Assembly: GCA_963767925.1 (NCBI GenBank)
Contig: CAVYGB010000008.1
Location: 672,001 to 736,000 of the forward strand
Length of the DNA stretch: 64,000 nucleotides
Direction of reading: 5' to 3'
Origin: an uncultured delta proteobacterium
GTDB taxonomy: Bacteria; Myxococcota_A; Polyangia; Fen-1088
Below the pieces are notes generated by a model. That model ran no database searches. It was given only the letters and a program-made list of their open reading frames with translations, and had not been told where the DNA came from. Each line of letters begins with the position of its first letter. Position 1 is the first letter of the stretch. Position numbers and translations under genes: made by a program. Positions 30,519-39,701 of the stretch are shown piece after piece.

Positions 30519-32444
30519 TCAGTCGAGGGTGGGCCAGGACAGCAGCAGGGTCTTCCGGAGCACGGTGGGCTGGGTCTGTCCGGGCGGGGGGCTCTGGTCG
30601 ACGATCTCGTAGACCTCGAAGCTGGTGATGCGATCTTCGGGCCGGCCGGTGCGGCGGTGGTAGGCCTGGATCCAGTCCGAGAGGGGAGGGTGGTAGGCGC
30701 CCTGGCCGGCGATCCGCTGCATGTAGTCGCAGAAGTATTCGTCCTGGTTCAGGTACTCGGGGATCACGCTGGTGGGGGCCGGCGCCACCCGGCTGCCCCG
30801 TTCGTTGAGGGGGTCGACGTGGCGGCCGTCCGAGGTGACGGCGTCGACGAAGATGTTGTGGTCCTCGGTGGGGGCGTTGGGGGCGAACATGCTCCAGCCC
30901 TGGAACAGCCGGGGGTATTCCACGACCATCCGCATCCAGAGGGCCTGGCCCAGCTTGAGGCTCTCGGGCACCGCCCGGTTCTCCATCAGCACCTGGCTGC
31001 CGAGGGCGATCATCAGCAGGACCACGCCCACCTCGCGCACCCGGCTCGCCTGCAGGCGCCACCAGCCCCGCCAGGGGGCCTCCGGGGCCGGGGCGACCGG
31101 GGAGGACCCGTCGAGGGCGGTCCAGCCCAGCCAGGCCGACAGCGGACCCCGCCCCCGGGCGACCATCCGGTAGAGCCGCTCGAGCAGGGCGCCGAGCAGG
31201 GGGGCTCGCAGGAGGAGGGCGATGGGCCGGCCGAAGGGGACCGCCGCGAAGGCGGAGGCCAGCGCCCGCCGGCCCTGCAGCCGCTTGCCGCCGTCCTCGA
31301 CGATCAGGTCGGGCTCGGACCGTCCGGGGGCGAAGCGGAGCTGCTGGTAGCGGTCCAGGCGGGCGAGGACCCGGGCGAGCGCCAGGCACACGCCGCTCGT
31401 CTCGTCGATCACGACTCGCCGCACGCGCGCCACCCGGGGGGCGAACCGTCGGGCCAGCCGATCCCAGTCGCGGTCCGGGATGAGCAGCAGGAAAAACCCG
31501 ATCATGTTGAAGGAGAACAGCCCCAGGTTCAGGAGGGCGGCGAAGCCGAGGTGCAACCCGGTGATGAGGACGACGGCGAGCCGCCGGCTGGTCCGCCAGC
31601 CGAAGGGGTTGAGCACCAGCAGGGGCGCCAGGGCCTCGAGGGCGAGCGAGGCATAGCTCATGACCTGCGAGAGGGTCGGAGTCAGGTGCGGGCGGATCTT
31701 CCAGCCCAGCCAGGTCACCAGGCGATCCTGGTGCAGGGCATAGTGGACCGCGCTGCCCTCGCTCCAGGTCTCGCCGCCCTTGTGGACGACGTTGAAGTAG
31801 TAGATGAGGCTCACCTGCAGCAGGAGGGCAACCACGGCAAGAGAGACCACCGGCCGGGTCTCGAGCGGCAGGTCGTCGCGCCGGTCGAGGTCGGCCAGCG
31901 TCCGCTCCCGCCGGGCCCGCAGGCTGGCCCGCAGCGAGTCGATCGAGAAGCGCGCCCCCATCGGCAGAAACAGGGTCCAGGTGCACAGGATGTTGAGGAC
32001 GACGTCGCCCCCGTTCTCCAGGAAGATCACCCGGTCGTGCAGGCTGACCAGGCAGAGCAGGCTGAGGGCGTGAAACAGGCGGGTCCGGTAGCCGATGAGG
32101 AAGCAGAAGAAGACCAGCCCGCAGATCCCGAACAGCACCGCCACCTCGGCGGTCCAGGACGCCCCGAAGAAGAACGAGAGCTGATACTGGGCGCCTGGCC
32201 GCCAGAGCAGGGTGTGGTTGGGGAGCAGCCCGCTGTTCGTGTACCAGATCTGCAGATCGGGGACCCGCCGGAGCAGGTCGGCCAGCAAGAGCAGCCCGAG
32301 GTAGATGCGGCCCAGGCCCAGGCTGCGCGGATCGAGCGCCAGGTACCGCTGGGTAAAGGCGGGAAAGCGCGCGGCGAAGCGGGCCAGCAAGGGGGGCGTC
32401 GTGCTGGCGCTCGTCACGGGCGGGCCCCCATCCCCGTTCCCCAC
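30519..32444 (-). CDS. HTTM-domain membrane protein with internal DCC/DUF393-like domain
   Basis: DPRSLGLGRI, LP.GARFSID, HKGGETW..G.A, QGWSMFAP; VIDETSGVC insert. Confidence 0.78.
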   Translation of the reverse strand: MGNGDGGPPVTSASTTPPLLARFAARFPAFTQRYLALDPRSLGLGRIYLGLLLLADLLRRVPDLQIWYTNSGLLPNHTLLWRPGAQYQLSFFFGASWTAEVAVLFGICGLVFFCFLIGYRTRLFHALSLLCLVSLHDRVIFLENGGDVVLNILCTWTLFLPMGARFSIDSLRASLRARRERTLADLDRRDDLPLETRPVVSLAVVALLLQVSLIYYFNVVHKGGETWSEGSAVHYALHQDRLVTWLGWKIRPHLTPTLSQVMSYASLALEALAPLLVLNPFGWRTSRRLAVVLITGLHLGFAALLNLGLFSFNMIGFFLLLIPDRDWDRLARRFAPRVARVRRVVIDETSGVCLALARVLARLDRYQQLRFAPGRSEPDLIVEDGGKRLQGRRALASAFAAVPFGRPIALLLRAPLLGALLERLYRMVARGRGPLSAWLGWTALDGSSPVAPAPEAPWRGWWRLQASRVREVGVVLLMIALGSQVLMENRAVPESLKLGQALWMRMVVEYPRLFQGWSMFAPNAPTEDHNIFVDAVTSDGRHVDPLNERGSRVAPAPTSVIPEYLNQDEYFCDYMQRIAGQGAYHPPLSDWIQAYHRRTGRPEDRITSFEVYEIVDQSPPPGQTQPTVLRKTLLLSWPTLD

Positions 32445-32459
32445 CGGATCATCGGGCGG

Positions 32460-33197
32460 TCAGGGAGCGGAGGGAGGGTCGTTGTCGCTGGAGCCGTCGC
32501 CGTCGCTACCTTGGGAGGTCGACGGGGGCGCGGGGCGCCGCTTTCGCGAGAGCAACATCAGGACGGCCGCCGCGGCGACCAGCACCCCCAGCGACACGCT
32601 CCAGCTGCTGGCGGCCTCGCCGCCGCCGGCGGGCGCCACCCCCTCGACCCGGTTGAGGGCGATCTTGGGCCAGCCCTTGGGACACTCGGCGAAGGCCGCG
32701 AACTCGCCGACGCTGAACAGGTGGTCTCCGTCCTTGGCGGTCAGGCGCAGGTGGCGGGCCTTGCCGTTGACCTCGCCCTGGCGCAGGCGCATGCCCGCCC
32801 CCTCGACCCCCGGCGCCTCCCAGAGCGTCTGCCAGGTCTTGCCGTCGGCCGAGCCGGAGAGGATGTAGACGTCGTTGTTGTCCCCCTGCACCAGGGCGCA
32901 GCGGACCGGCTGCTCGCTCCCCAGGTCCCAGGTAACGCTCCCCTCGGGGTTGTCGAAGCGGGCCGTCAGGGCGGAGTCCCAGGGCTCACCCTCGAGCGGC
33001 AGCTCGCCGTCCACCAGGCGCGAGATGTTCGGCACGCCCCTGTTCTGCGCCTTGACCCCGACCAGGAGGTTGCCGGGGATGGGGTCGGTGGACTCCTCCA
33101 CGCAGGCCGGGAGCAGGGCGATCACCAGGAGCGAGACGGCGGCGCGGCCCCGGCGGGCGAGCCTCGAGGTTGCTGCGCGGCAAACTGGGTCGAACAT
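32460..33197 (-). CDS. Lipoprotein with discoidin (F5/8C)-like domain and C-terminal TM helix
   Basis: Lipobox LPAC; TWDLGS...SADGKTWQ...ARHLRL; TM followed by RKRR. Confidence 0.65.
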   Translation of the reverse strand: MFDPVCRAATSRLARRGRAAVSLLVIALLPACVEESTDPIPGNLLVGVKAQNRGVPNISRLVDGELPLEGEPWDSALTARFDNPEGSVTWDLGSEQPVRCALVQGDNNDVYILSGSADGKTWQTLWEAPGVEGAGMRLRQGEVNGKARHLRLTAKDGDHLFSVGEFAAFAECPKGWPKIALNRVEGVAPAGGGEAASSWSVSLGVLVAAAAVLMLLSRKRRPAPPSTSQGSDGDGSSDNDPPSAP

Positions 33198-33297
33198 CGG
33201 CGGGATGTTAAAGGAAAGGGATCCGGCTGCCAACCCCGGGGGACCCGGGTCGAGGTTGGCGCGCCGGCCGGTCCAGGGTTTTGCTAAAAAGGGGCGC

Positions 33298-35589
33298 TTG
33301 TCGGTCTCCCCCGGTTTCCTCCTCGAGCTGCTGAGCCGCTACGCGAAGGCTCTCTCGGACGCGCGCTGGCTCGCCGCCATCGCGCTGACCGTCACCCTGG
33401 CCCTCTCGGTGCTGGCCGCGGCGCGCGTGCTCCGGCGCATCAGCGGCTACCGCCGCGCGCTGGTGCTGGTGCTGCTGGCCGGCGGCGCCCTGTGGTGGGC
33501 CTGGCAGCTCAAGTGGCTGTGCGACGACGCGTATATCTCCTTCCGCTACGCCGACAACTGGGCCCGCGGGCAGGGGCTGGTGTTCAACGCGGGCGAGCGG
33601 GTGGAGGGCTACACCAACTTCCTCTGGACCGCGTTGATGGCCGGCTTCATCAAGCTCGGCGCCGACCCGGGCCAGGCCGCCATCGTGGTGGGGCTGGCCT
33701 GTTTCGTGGTCATGCTGCTGCTGCTCGATCGCCTGGGCAGCCGCCTGGGCGCCCAGCGCGGGCAGGGGGGGATTGGTCTGGCCCCCTTCCTGGCGGCCGC
33801 CAGCTACACCGTGGCTTCGTTCGCCACCTCGGGCCTGGAGACCATGTTCGCCGCCACCCTCGCGCTGCTGGCCGTAGAGCGGGCCGAGGCGGGGCGCCCG
33901 TTCGTGGCCGGGCTGGCCGGGATCGCCGCGGCCATGGCCCACCCCGACCACGGGATCTTCTACGCCGCGCTCGGCGCCGCTCTCGCCCTGGGGGGCCGGG
34001 ATCGCCGCCGCGAGCTGATGATCTACGCCGTCCCCTTCTTCGTCTTGTTCGTGCCCTATTTCTTCTGGCGCTGGCGCTACTACGGCGACCTCTTCCCCAA
34101 CACCTACTACGCCAAGTCGGCCGGCGAGACCTACTTCCGCCAGGGCGGCGTCTATCTGGTCGTCACCACGGTGGTGGCCGGGCTGTGGGCCGCCGCGCCC
34201 CTGGCCCTGATCGGCGCTTACCGCTTCCGGGGCACGGTCACCGGGCGCTGCTTCATCATCGGGCTGCCCCTGTTCCTGGTCTACGTCGCCAAGGTGGGCG
34301 GCGACTTCATGCTCGGGCGCCTGCTGGTCCCGGTGATCGCCCTCGTCGTCCTGTTCGCCGACCTGGGCTGGCGCGAGCTGCAAGCCCGGCGGCGCCCGGT
34401 GCTGGCGGGCGGGCTGGCCATGCTGGCCGCCCTGGTGGCGGTGCCCGCCCAGGCCATCCGCCCGGGTGAGAAGATCTGGAACCTGGCCGACGAGCGCACC
34501 TTCTACCCTCTGCAGAAGTTCGATCCGCCCACCGTGGGGGTCATCTACACCGAGCAGGCCAGGAGCCTGAAGGCCGCCCTCGAGCCGCGCGGCCTGCGGC
34601 CCAAGGTGGCGGTCGGCTGCGTCGGGATCGTCGGCTACCACACCCGCCTGCCGATCTTCGACCTGTTCGGGCTGACCAGCCGCAGCGTGGCCCACATGCC
34701 GATCCCTCACCGGGGCCGGCCGGGGCACGAGAAGCTCGGGACCATCGGGCACGTCATGGCTGCCGGCGTGGATCTGTCGGAGTTCGCGCTCTACCCGCCG
34801 CCCTTCGCCAGCCTGACCACCGTGCAGATCGGCGCCTTCACCTATCACCTGGGCCGTTACGATGCGCCGCTGATCCGCGCGCTGGCCGGCGCCGCCACCG
34901 TCGCCGACCTGCCGGCGTACCTGGCGTCATTGGGGCAGCAGACCGAGCCGGTTGCGCCCGAGACCCTGGCCTGCGAGATGTGGTTCCTCGAGTCGTACTA
35001 TTTTTCCAGGAACCCCGATCCGCCGACCCGCCAGACCCTGATCGATCGCGCCCTGCGCTGGGACTCGACCCTGCGGGGGCTCGAGCCGCTGCTGTTTTCC
35101 TCGCAGCCGCTCGAGGCGTCCGGCTACCAGCCGCTGCGGCGCTTCTCCTTCGAGCGCCGCGAGCCCTTCGTGACCACCGGCGAGGCCTTCGCCGGCTGGC
35201 CCTCCGAGGCGTCGGTCCCGGGGCAGGGCGCCGTCTACGGCAACCACGGCCGCTTCATCAACAGCTTCCGGCCGGGGTCGACCGACAGCGCCCGGGGCCT
35301 GCTCAGGCTGCCGCCCTTCGCCGTCCGGGGGGACGTCCTCTCCCTGCTCATCGGGGGCGGTCGGGACACGAAGAACCTGCGGGTCTCCCTCATCGTCGAT
35401 GGCCAGCCGGTCCGCCAGGTCACCGGCTGCACCAGCGAGGTGCTGGGGCGGAGGTTGTGGAACGTGCGCGACTACGCCGGCCGCACGGCGCACATCGAGA
35501 TCCTCGACGACAGCGCCGGCGGCTGGGGCCACATCGTCGTCGACGAGATCACCGAATGGCGCGCCCCCCCGGCGCCGTCCGGCCCGTGA
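33298..35589 (+). CDS. GT-C type membrane glycosyltransferase (AftB-like) with C-terminal beta-sandwich domain; start approximate
   Basis: DDAYISFRYA...GLVFN.GERVEGYTNFLW, SGLET, YYGDLFPNTYYAK, PGHEK; multiple TM helices. Confidence 0.78.
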   Translation: MSVSPGFLLELLSRYAKALSDARWLAAIALTVTLALSVLAAARVLRRISGYRRALVLVLLAGGALWWAWQLKWLCDDAYISFRYADNWARGQGLVFNAGERVEGYTNFLWTALMAGFIKLGADPGQAAIVVGLACFVVMLLLLDRLGSRLGAQRGQGGIGLAPFLAAASYTVASFATSGLETMFAATLALLAVERAEAGRPFVAGLAGIAAAMAHPDHGIFYAALGAALALGGRDRRRELMIYAVPFFVLFVPYFFWRWRYYGDLFPNTYYAKSAGETYFRQGGVYLVVTTVVAGLWAAAPLALIGAYRFRGTVTGRCFIIGLPLFLVYVAKVGGDFMLGRLLVPVIALVVLFADLGWRELQARRRPVLAGGLAMLAALVAVPAQAIRPGEKIWNLADERTFYPLQKFDPPTVGVIYTEQARSLKAALEPRGLRPKVAVGCVGIVGYHTRLPIFDLFGLTSRSVAHMPIPHRGRPGHEKLGTIGHVMAAGVDLSEFALYPPPFASLTTVQIGAFTYHLGRYDAPLIRALAGAATVADLPAYLASLGQQTEPVAPETLACEMWFLESYYFSRNPDPPTRQTLIDRALRWDSTLRGLEPLLFSSQPLEASGYQPLRRFSFERREPFVTTGEAFAGWPSEASVPGQGAVYGNHGRFINSFRPGSTDSARGLLRLPPFAVRGDVLSLLIGGGRDTKNLRVSLIVDGQPVRQVTGCTSEVLGRRLWNVRDYAGRTAHIEILDDSAGGWGHIVVDEITEWRAPPAPSGP

Positions 35590-35708
35590 AGCGCCGGGTT
35601 CGTGTGATCCCGGCTGCGGCGGTCGACGATTTTCGAAGAAACCAGGGGCGCAGCGGCGTCGTATGAAGCATAGGAGGCTCGTGGCGGTTGGCTGACCCGA
35701 GCTCGACC

Positions 35709-35897
35709 ATGCGAAAAGAAGAGGACTCCCAGCTTCCCTCTCTCAAGGGGATGGTTACCGAGGCGGACTTACCGCTCGCGGAGGAGACGTGGCCAGGGCT
35801 GCGCGACTTCCTCCGCCGCATCCCCTCGAACCAGCGCCCCGCGACCTTCCTCGACCTGGTCTGGCGCTTCGAGTGCTGGCGCAACCGCTTCGCCTGA
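35709..35897 (+). CDS. Small hypothetical protein
   Basis: 62-codon ORF with protein-like composition in an otherwise empty gap. Confidence 0.5.
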   Translation: MRKEEDSQLPSLKGMVTEADLPLAEETWPGLRDFLRRIPSNQRPATFLDLVWRFECWRNRFA

Positions 35898-35907
35898 AAA
35901 ACCCTCT

Positions 35908-36072
35908 CTAGTCCCCTGGAACGGTGAAGGCTTGCATATGTCGGCGAGGCATCTTCGTTCCTGGCAAGGCGCGAGGAGGGCGAATACCTGGCGTATTTAA
36001 CCGACGAGCAACGCAGCCAGGGACGAAGAGGACCGGCGAGATATGCAAGAAATCACCGTTCCAGGGGACTAG
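35908..36072. mobile_element. MITE-like long inverted-repeat element (a structured RNA is an alternative)
   Basis: Perfect 20-bp inverted repeat CTAGTCCCCTGGAACGGTGA / TCACCGTTCCAGGGGACTAG with further nested stems; CTAG at both ends. Confidence 0.6.
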
Positions 36073-36851
36073 CAGGGGCCGCCGCTCATGCAGGCGGCGC
36101 CGGAGACCCGCGTCACGCAGGTGGTGGTCGTCAAGGTGACCGGGCCCAGCACCCGGCTGGCGCCGCTGAACACCGAGAGGGTCGCGGCCGATCGGGCGGG
36201 GGGCACCGTCCTCGTGTCCGGACCGGTGATCTCGTAGCGGCGGCCGCCGGCGTTGATCACCAGCTTGTCGGTGCAGTTGTGCCGCGAGCCCATGTAGAAG
36301 GTCGGCGAGTTGATCTGCGCCTCGTCGCTGATGCAGACGTTGGTGCCGTCGACCTCCAGCGCCAGGCGGTAGGGCAGCCAGCCGTAGGTCCCGGAGGTCC
36401 CGATCCGTCCGTCCGTCTCGAGGGCGATGCGCAGGCGCACCTTGCCGTCGGCGCTCACCTTGGTGGCGATCTGATAGCTGTCGCGGCCCATCCGTAGCCC
36501 GGCGAAGCAGGTGTCGAGGCCCGGGCTGGCGTTGCCGCCATCGCCGGCGGCCGCGTCGGCGGGCCGGCTGTCGGGACCCCGGTCGGGGCGGGCGTCGCCG
36601 GGCCGAGCATCGGAGCCGCCGCTGCCGCCCGCGCCGGCCCCGCCGCCGGTACCGCCCGTGCCGCCGGCACCCCCCCTGCCGCCGCTGCCCCCCGCGCCGC
36701 CACTGCCGCCCCGGCCTCCGGCGCCGCCGGACCCACCCGCCCCGCCGCCTCCGCCGTCGGGCGTGGGCTGGGGATCGGACGGGCAGCCGGCGAGGAGGAG
36801 AGATCCGGCGAGCGACAGGCAAAGGGTCCAGGAACGCAGGGGATGGTTCAT
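36069..36851 (-). CDS. Lipoprotein with Gly-rich linker and Cys-containing C-terminal domain
   Basis: Lipobox LAGC; GGAGGSGG repeats; GGAGG SD; 16 bp downstream of the dikinase-like gene. Confidence 0.75.
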   Translation of the reverse strand: MNHPLRSWTLCLSLAGSLLLAGCPSDPQPTPDGGGGGAGGSGGAGGRGGSGGAGGSGGRGGAGGTGGTGGGAGAGGSGGSDARPGDARPDRGPDSRPADAAAGDGGNASPGLDTCFAGLRMGRDSYQIATKVSADGKVRLRIALETDGRIGTSGTYGWLPYRLALEVDGTNVCISDEAQINSPTFYMGSRHNCTDKLVINAGGRRYEITGPDTRTVPPARSAATLSVFSGASRVLGPVTLTTTTCVTRVSGAACMSGGPC

Positions 36852-36867
36852 CGAGGCCTCCAGGGGG

Positions 36868-39054
36868 TCAGGGCGCGGGGTAGGGGCGCGCCTGCTTGAT
36901 GACGACGCGGTCGTCGGCGGTGAGCTTGATCTCGAGATCGAGGCTCAAGCTCGGGATGTGGGGGTAAACAGCGCTGGCGAAGTGGTCCTGCACCAGGAAG
37001 AGGAGGCCGCCGAGCTCGCGCAGGCGCGCCTCGCTCCAGAGCGGCTCGGGCGACAGCGAGGAGGGGACCAGCACGCGTGCGTCTGCGACCTGGTCGCCGG
37101 CAGCGCGCCGGAAGGTGAGGGTCTCCGCCACCACCCCGGGGTCGGGCGGGCGGACCACGGGCTGCCCATCGCGCTGCGAGACCAGGCGATAAAGCGGCCC
37201 GGCCGGGCCGGCCTCGAGCTGGGTGACCGCCACGCTGTCCAGCTTCTCGAGCACGAACGACGGGTTGACCGCCACCCCCATGAAGGCCTCGCGGTGGTTC
37301 ATCCCCCAGTACTCCCGCTCCTCGAAGGCCCGCTCGGTCCAGAGGCTGGCATAGACCCGCTTCAAGGCCCGGGCCACCGTCCGCTCCTTGCCGAGATCGC
37401 TGGCCAGGTCGTCGATGATCTCGACCAGCCAGATCCGGTCGGGATGGGCCGTCCACTCGGCCCGCCGCCGGGCCAGCTCGGGCTCGAGCCGCGCCCGCTC
37501 CTCGGCCGACAGACAGGCCGATGGGCCCTTGTCGTCGGCGTCGGCGTCGTCCGCGAAGCAGCCGCGCGCCGAATCATACAGGCCGGCGCCCGTGGCCAGC
37601 TCTCCGTCCTCGACGTTGCTGCTGCTGCGGAAGCGGGTGGGCAGGCGGGCGTGATCCGCGCCGAACGCGATCCGGGCGGTGGCGGCCAGCCGCTCGATCA
37701 GCCCGGACTCGACCGGCGCCGCCTCGATCGCCTCGCGCACGGCCGCCAGGCGCGCGCGCCGGAAGGGCGCCTCGGTGGCGGTGCGCGGGTCGTCCAGGAG
37801 CGCGAGGACCTGGGCCTCGAGGCCGCTCGCGCGCAGGAAGTCCCGGTAGGCCGAGAAGGGGACGGCGAAGCCCGGGGCGCGGTTGGCGGCCGGCAAGAGG
37901 CGATGGAGCTCCCCCAGGTTGGCCGCCTTGGCCCCCACCGTCAGGGCGTCCGCGGCGCCGAGCTCGCCGAACGGACGGACCCGCGTCTCGGTGAGATTGG
38001 AGCGCAGCGGCCGCGGCGGGGGGCGCCTGGACGCCCAGAACGCCTCCGCCTCGGCCAGCGTCGCCGGCTGCAGGCGGGCCTCCGTCTCCGATACGGTCAG
38101 GCGCGCCACCTTGCCGTCGAGCAGGGCGACAACCTGGTCCTCGTAGACGCTGGGCAGCCGGGCGTTGGGGATCTGCTTTTCGCGCAGCCGCAGGTTCACG
38201 TGGCTGTGCGGGCTCTGAGGCAGGGCGGTCACCAGCCCGGCCACCAGGCGCAGGTCATCGAAGGATCCCTGGGTCACCAGGATGTCGCGGGGGCCGTAGT
38301 CGGTCGGCCGCTCGGTCCGGGGAATCAGGCGGAGGAAGCCGTACGCTTCACCGAGGCTGTAGCCCTCGGCCCCGGCGCCCGGCCGCAGCGTCGCCGGGTC
38401 GGCCACCTCGATGCCCCGGGCGCGCAGGGCCGGGGCCAGCGCGGCGAAGCTCGCCACCTGCCGGGGATCGGCGCCCACCAGCACCAGCAGCTCCCGGGCG
38501 AACGGCGCGCATTCGCCCAGGCGGCCGTGGAGCTCGGCGAGCTGGTCGACGCCGAGGGTCTCGCTGGGATCGGCGTAGACGAAGGTGGCCACCACCCCCC
38601 GCTGGCCAGTGCGCGGGTGCTCGGCCCCGGGGATGAGCTGCAGCTCCCCCGCCCACCAGACACGGCTGGCGCCCTTGGTTGTCAGGGCGATGTAGCTGTC
38701 CCAGTCGATGTGGGCCAGCGCCGGGAAGCTGCGCAGGAAGGCGAGGTGCAGCGGGTAAAGGCCGGTGTTCTGGAAGAGGCAGCGTCGATCGAGGGGCGGC
38801 GGCGCCTCCCGGCCGGTGACCTCGCCGAGGTACTTCACGGCCCAGCCTTCTCCGGCCAGGCGGGTGAAGTCGTCGCTGCTCGCGAGCCGCTCCAGGAAGT
38901 TTGCGCTGCCGCCGTCCGGCGCTGCGTCGGGGTTGCTCCCGCTCCCGCCGCCGCAGGCCGCGAGCCCCACCGCCACGAAGGCGAGGGCGAGCGCGAGCGC
39001 GACCGGCCAGCCGCCGCGGGCCGTGGAAATCTGAGAGTGCGAGCGAGGAGGCAT
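36868..39054 (-). CDS. Lipoprotein with phosphohistidine swivel domain and PPDK_N ATP-grasp domain (dikinase-like)
   Basis: Lipobox LAAC; SHVNLRLREKQIP; GAKAANLGEL; RFRSSSNVED...GAGLYDS; DLEIK...IKQARP. Confidence 0.82.
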   Translation of the reverse strand: MPPRSHSQISTARGGWPVALALALAFVAVGLAACGGGSGSNPDAAPDGGSANFLERLASSDDFTRLAGEGWAVKYLGEVTGREAPPPLDRRCLFQNTGLYPLHLAFLRSFPALAHIDWDSYIALTTKGASRVWWAGELQLIPGAEHPRTGQRGVVATFVYADPSETLGVDQLAELHGRLGECAPFARELLVLVGADPRQVASFAALAPALRARGIEVADPATLRPGAGAEGYSLGEAYGFLRLIPRTERPTDYGPRDILVTQGSFDDLRLVAGLVTALPQSPHSHVNLRLREKQIPNARLPSVYEDQVVALLDGKVARLTVSETEARLQPATLAEAEAFWASRRPPPRPLRSNLTETRVRPFGELGAADALTVGAKAANLGELHRLLPAANRAPGFAVPFSAYRDFLRASGLEAQVLALLDDPRTATEAPFRRARLAAVREAIEAAPVESGLIERLAATARIAFGADHARLPTRFRSSSNVEDGELATGAGLYDSARGCFADDADADDKGPSACLSAEERARLEPELARRRAEWTAHPDRIWLVEIIDDLASDLGKERTVARALKRVYASLWTERAFEEREYWGMNHREAFMGVAVNPSFVLEKLDSVAVTQLEAGPAGPLYRLVSQRDGQPVVRPPDPGVVAETLTFRRAAGDQVADARVLVPSSLSPEPLWSEARLRELGGLLFLVQDHFASAVYPHIPSLSLDLEIKLTADDRVVIKQARPYPAP

Positions 39055-39158
39055 CGAAAGAGCTAGGGTTGGAGATCGCGGAGAACGGGTATCACGGGGA
39101 GCTTGCAACGATGTGCCACCCGCCCGCCACCTTGTCGTGATCGGATGACGCAAGAGCC

Positions 39159-39701
39159 ATGCCGCTGACCGCCTTGTTCCTCCTGACGCTCGCCGCGCAG
39201 GCGGGTGGTGCCGAGCTGCGCGGCGCCGACCGCGCGCGGAGCGAAACGGCCGGGCTGGCCCTGGCCGTGGAGGCGGGGCGATACGGTGGCGGGTACGGCC
39301 TCGACGCGCTCTTTTACCTCCCGGTGGCCGCGCTGCTGCCGGGGGCCGCCGCGTTGCCGGTGACCGTCTGGGTCCAGGCCGGCGCGGGCGTGTCGGGCCA
39401 GGTGCCGCGGGCGCTGGCCGCCGGGGCCAGCCTCGGCGCCAGCCTGGGCCGGCGGCATCGCGCCACCGCGGCCCTGGGCTGGGGGGCCATCGACCGTTCG
39501 GTCCTTTCGCTGCACGGGACGGTTGTGGCCGATCGCTCGCTCCACGGTCCCGACGCCGCGCTCGGATACGAATACCTCTCCGACCGGGGGCTGCTGTGCC
39601 GGGCGCTGGCCGGCGCGGCCTATCTGCCTCGATCCTGGCAGGAGACGTTGGCCCGGTTCCGGCCGACCCTCAGCGTGGCCTTCGGGTGGAAGCTCTGGTG
39701 A
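39159..39701 (+). CDS. Exported protein, possible small outer-membrane beta-barrel
   Basis: Signal peptide; alternating amphipathic strands; ends LSVAFGWKLW. Confidence 0.55.
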   Translation: MPLTALFLLTLAAQAGGAELRGADRARSETAGLALAVEAGRYGGGYGLDALFYLPVAALLPGAAALPVTVWVQAGAGVSGQVPRALAAGASLGASLGRRHRATAALGWGAIDRSVLSLHGTVVADRSLHGPDAALGYEYLSDRGLLCRALAGAAYLPRSWQETLARFRPTLSVAFGWKLW

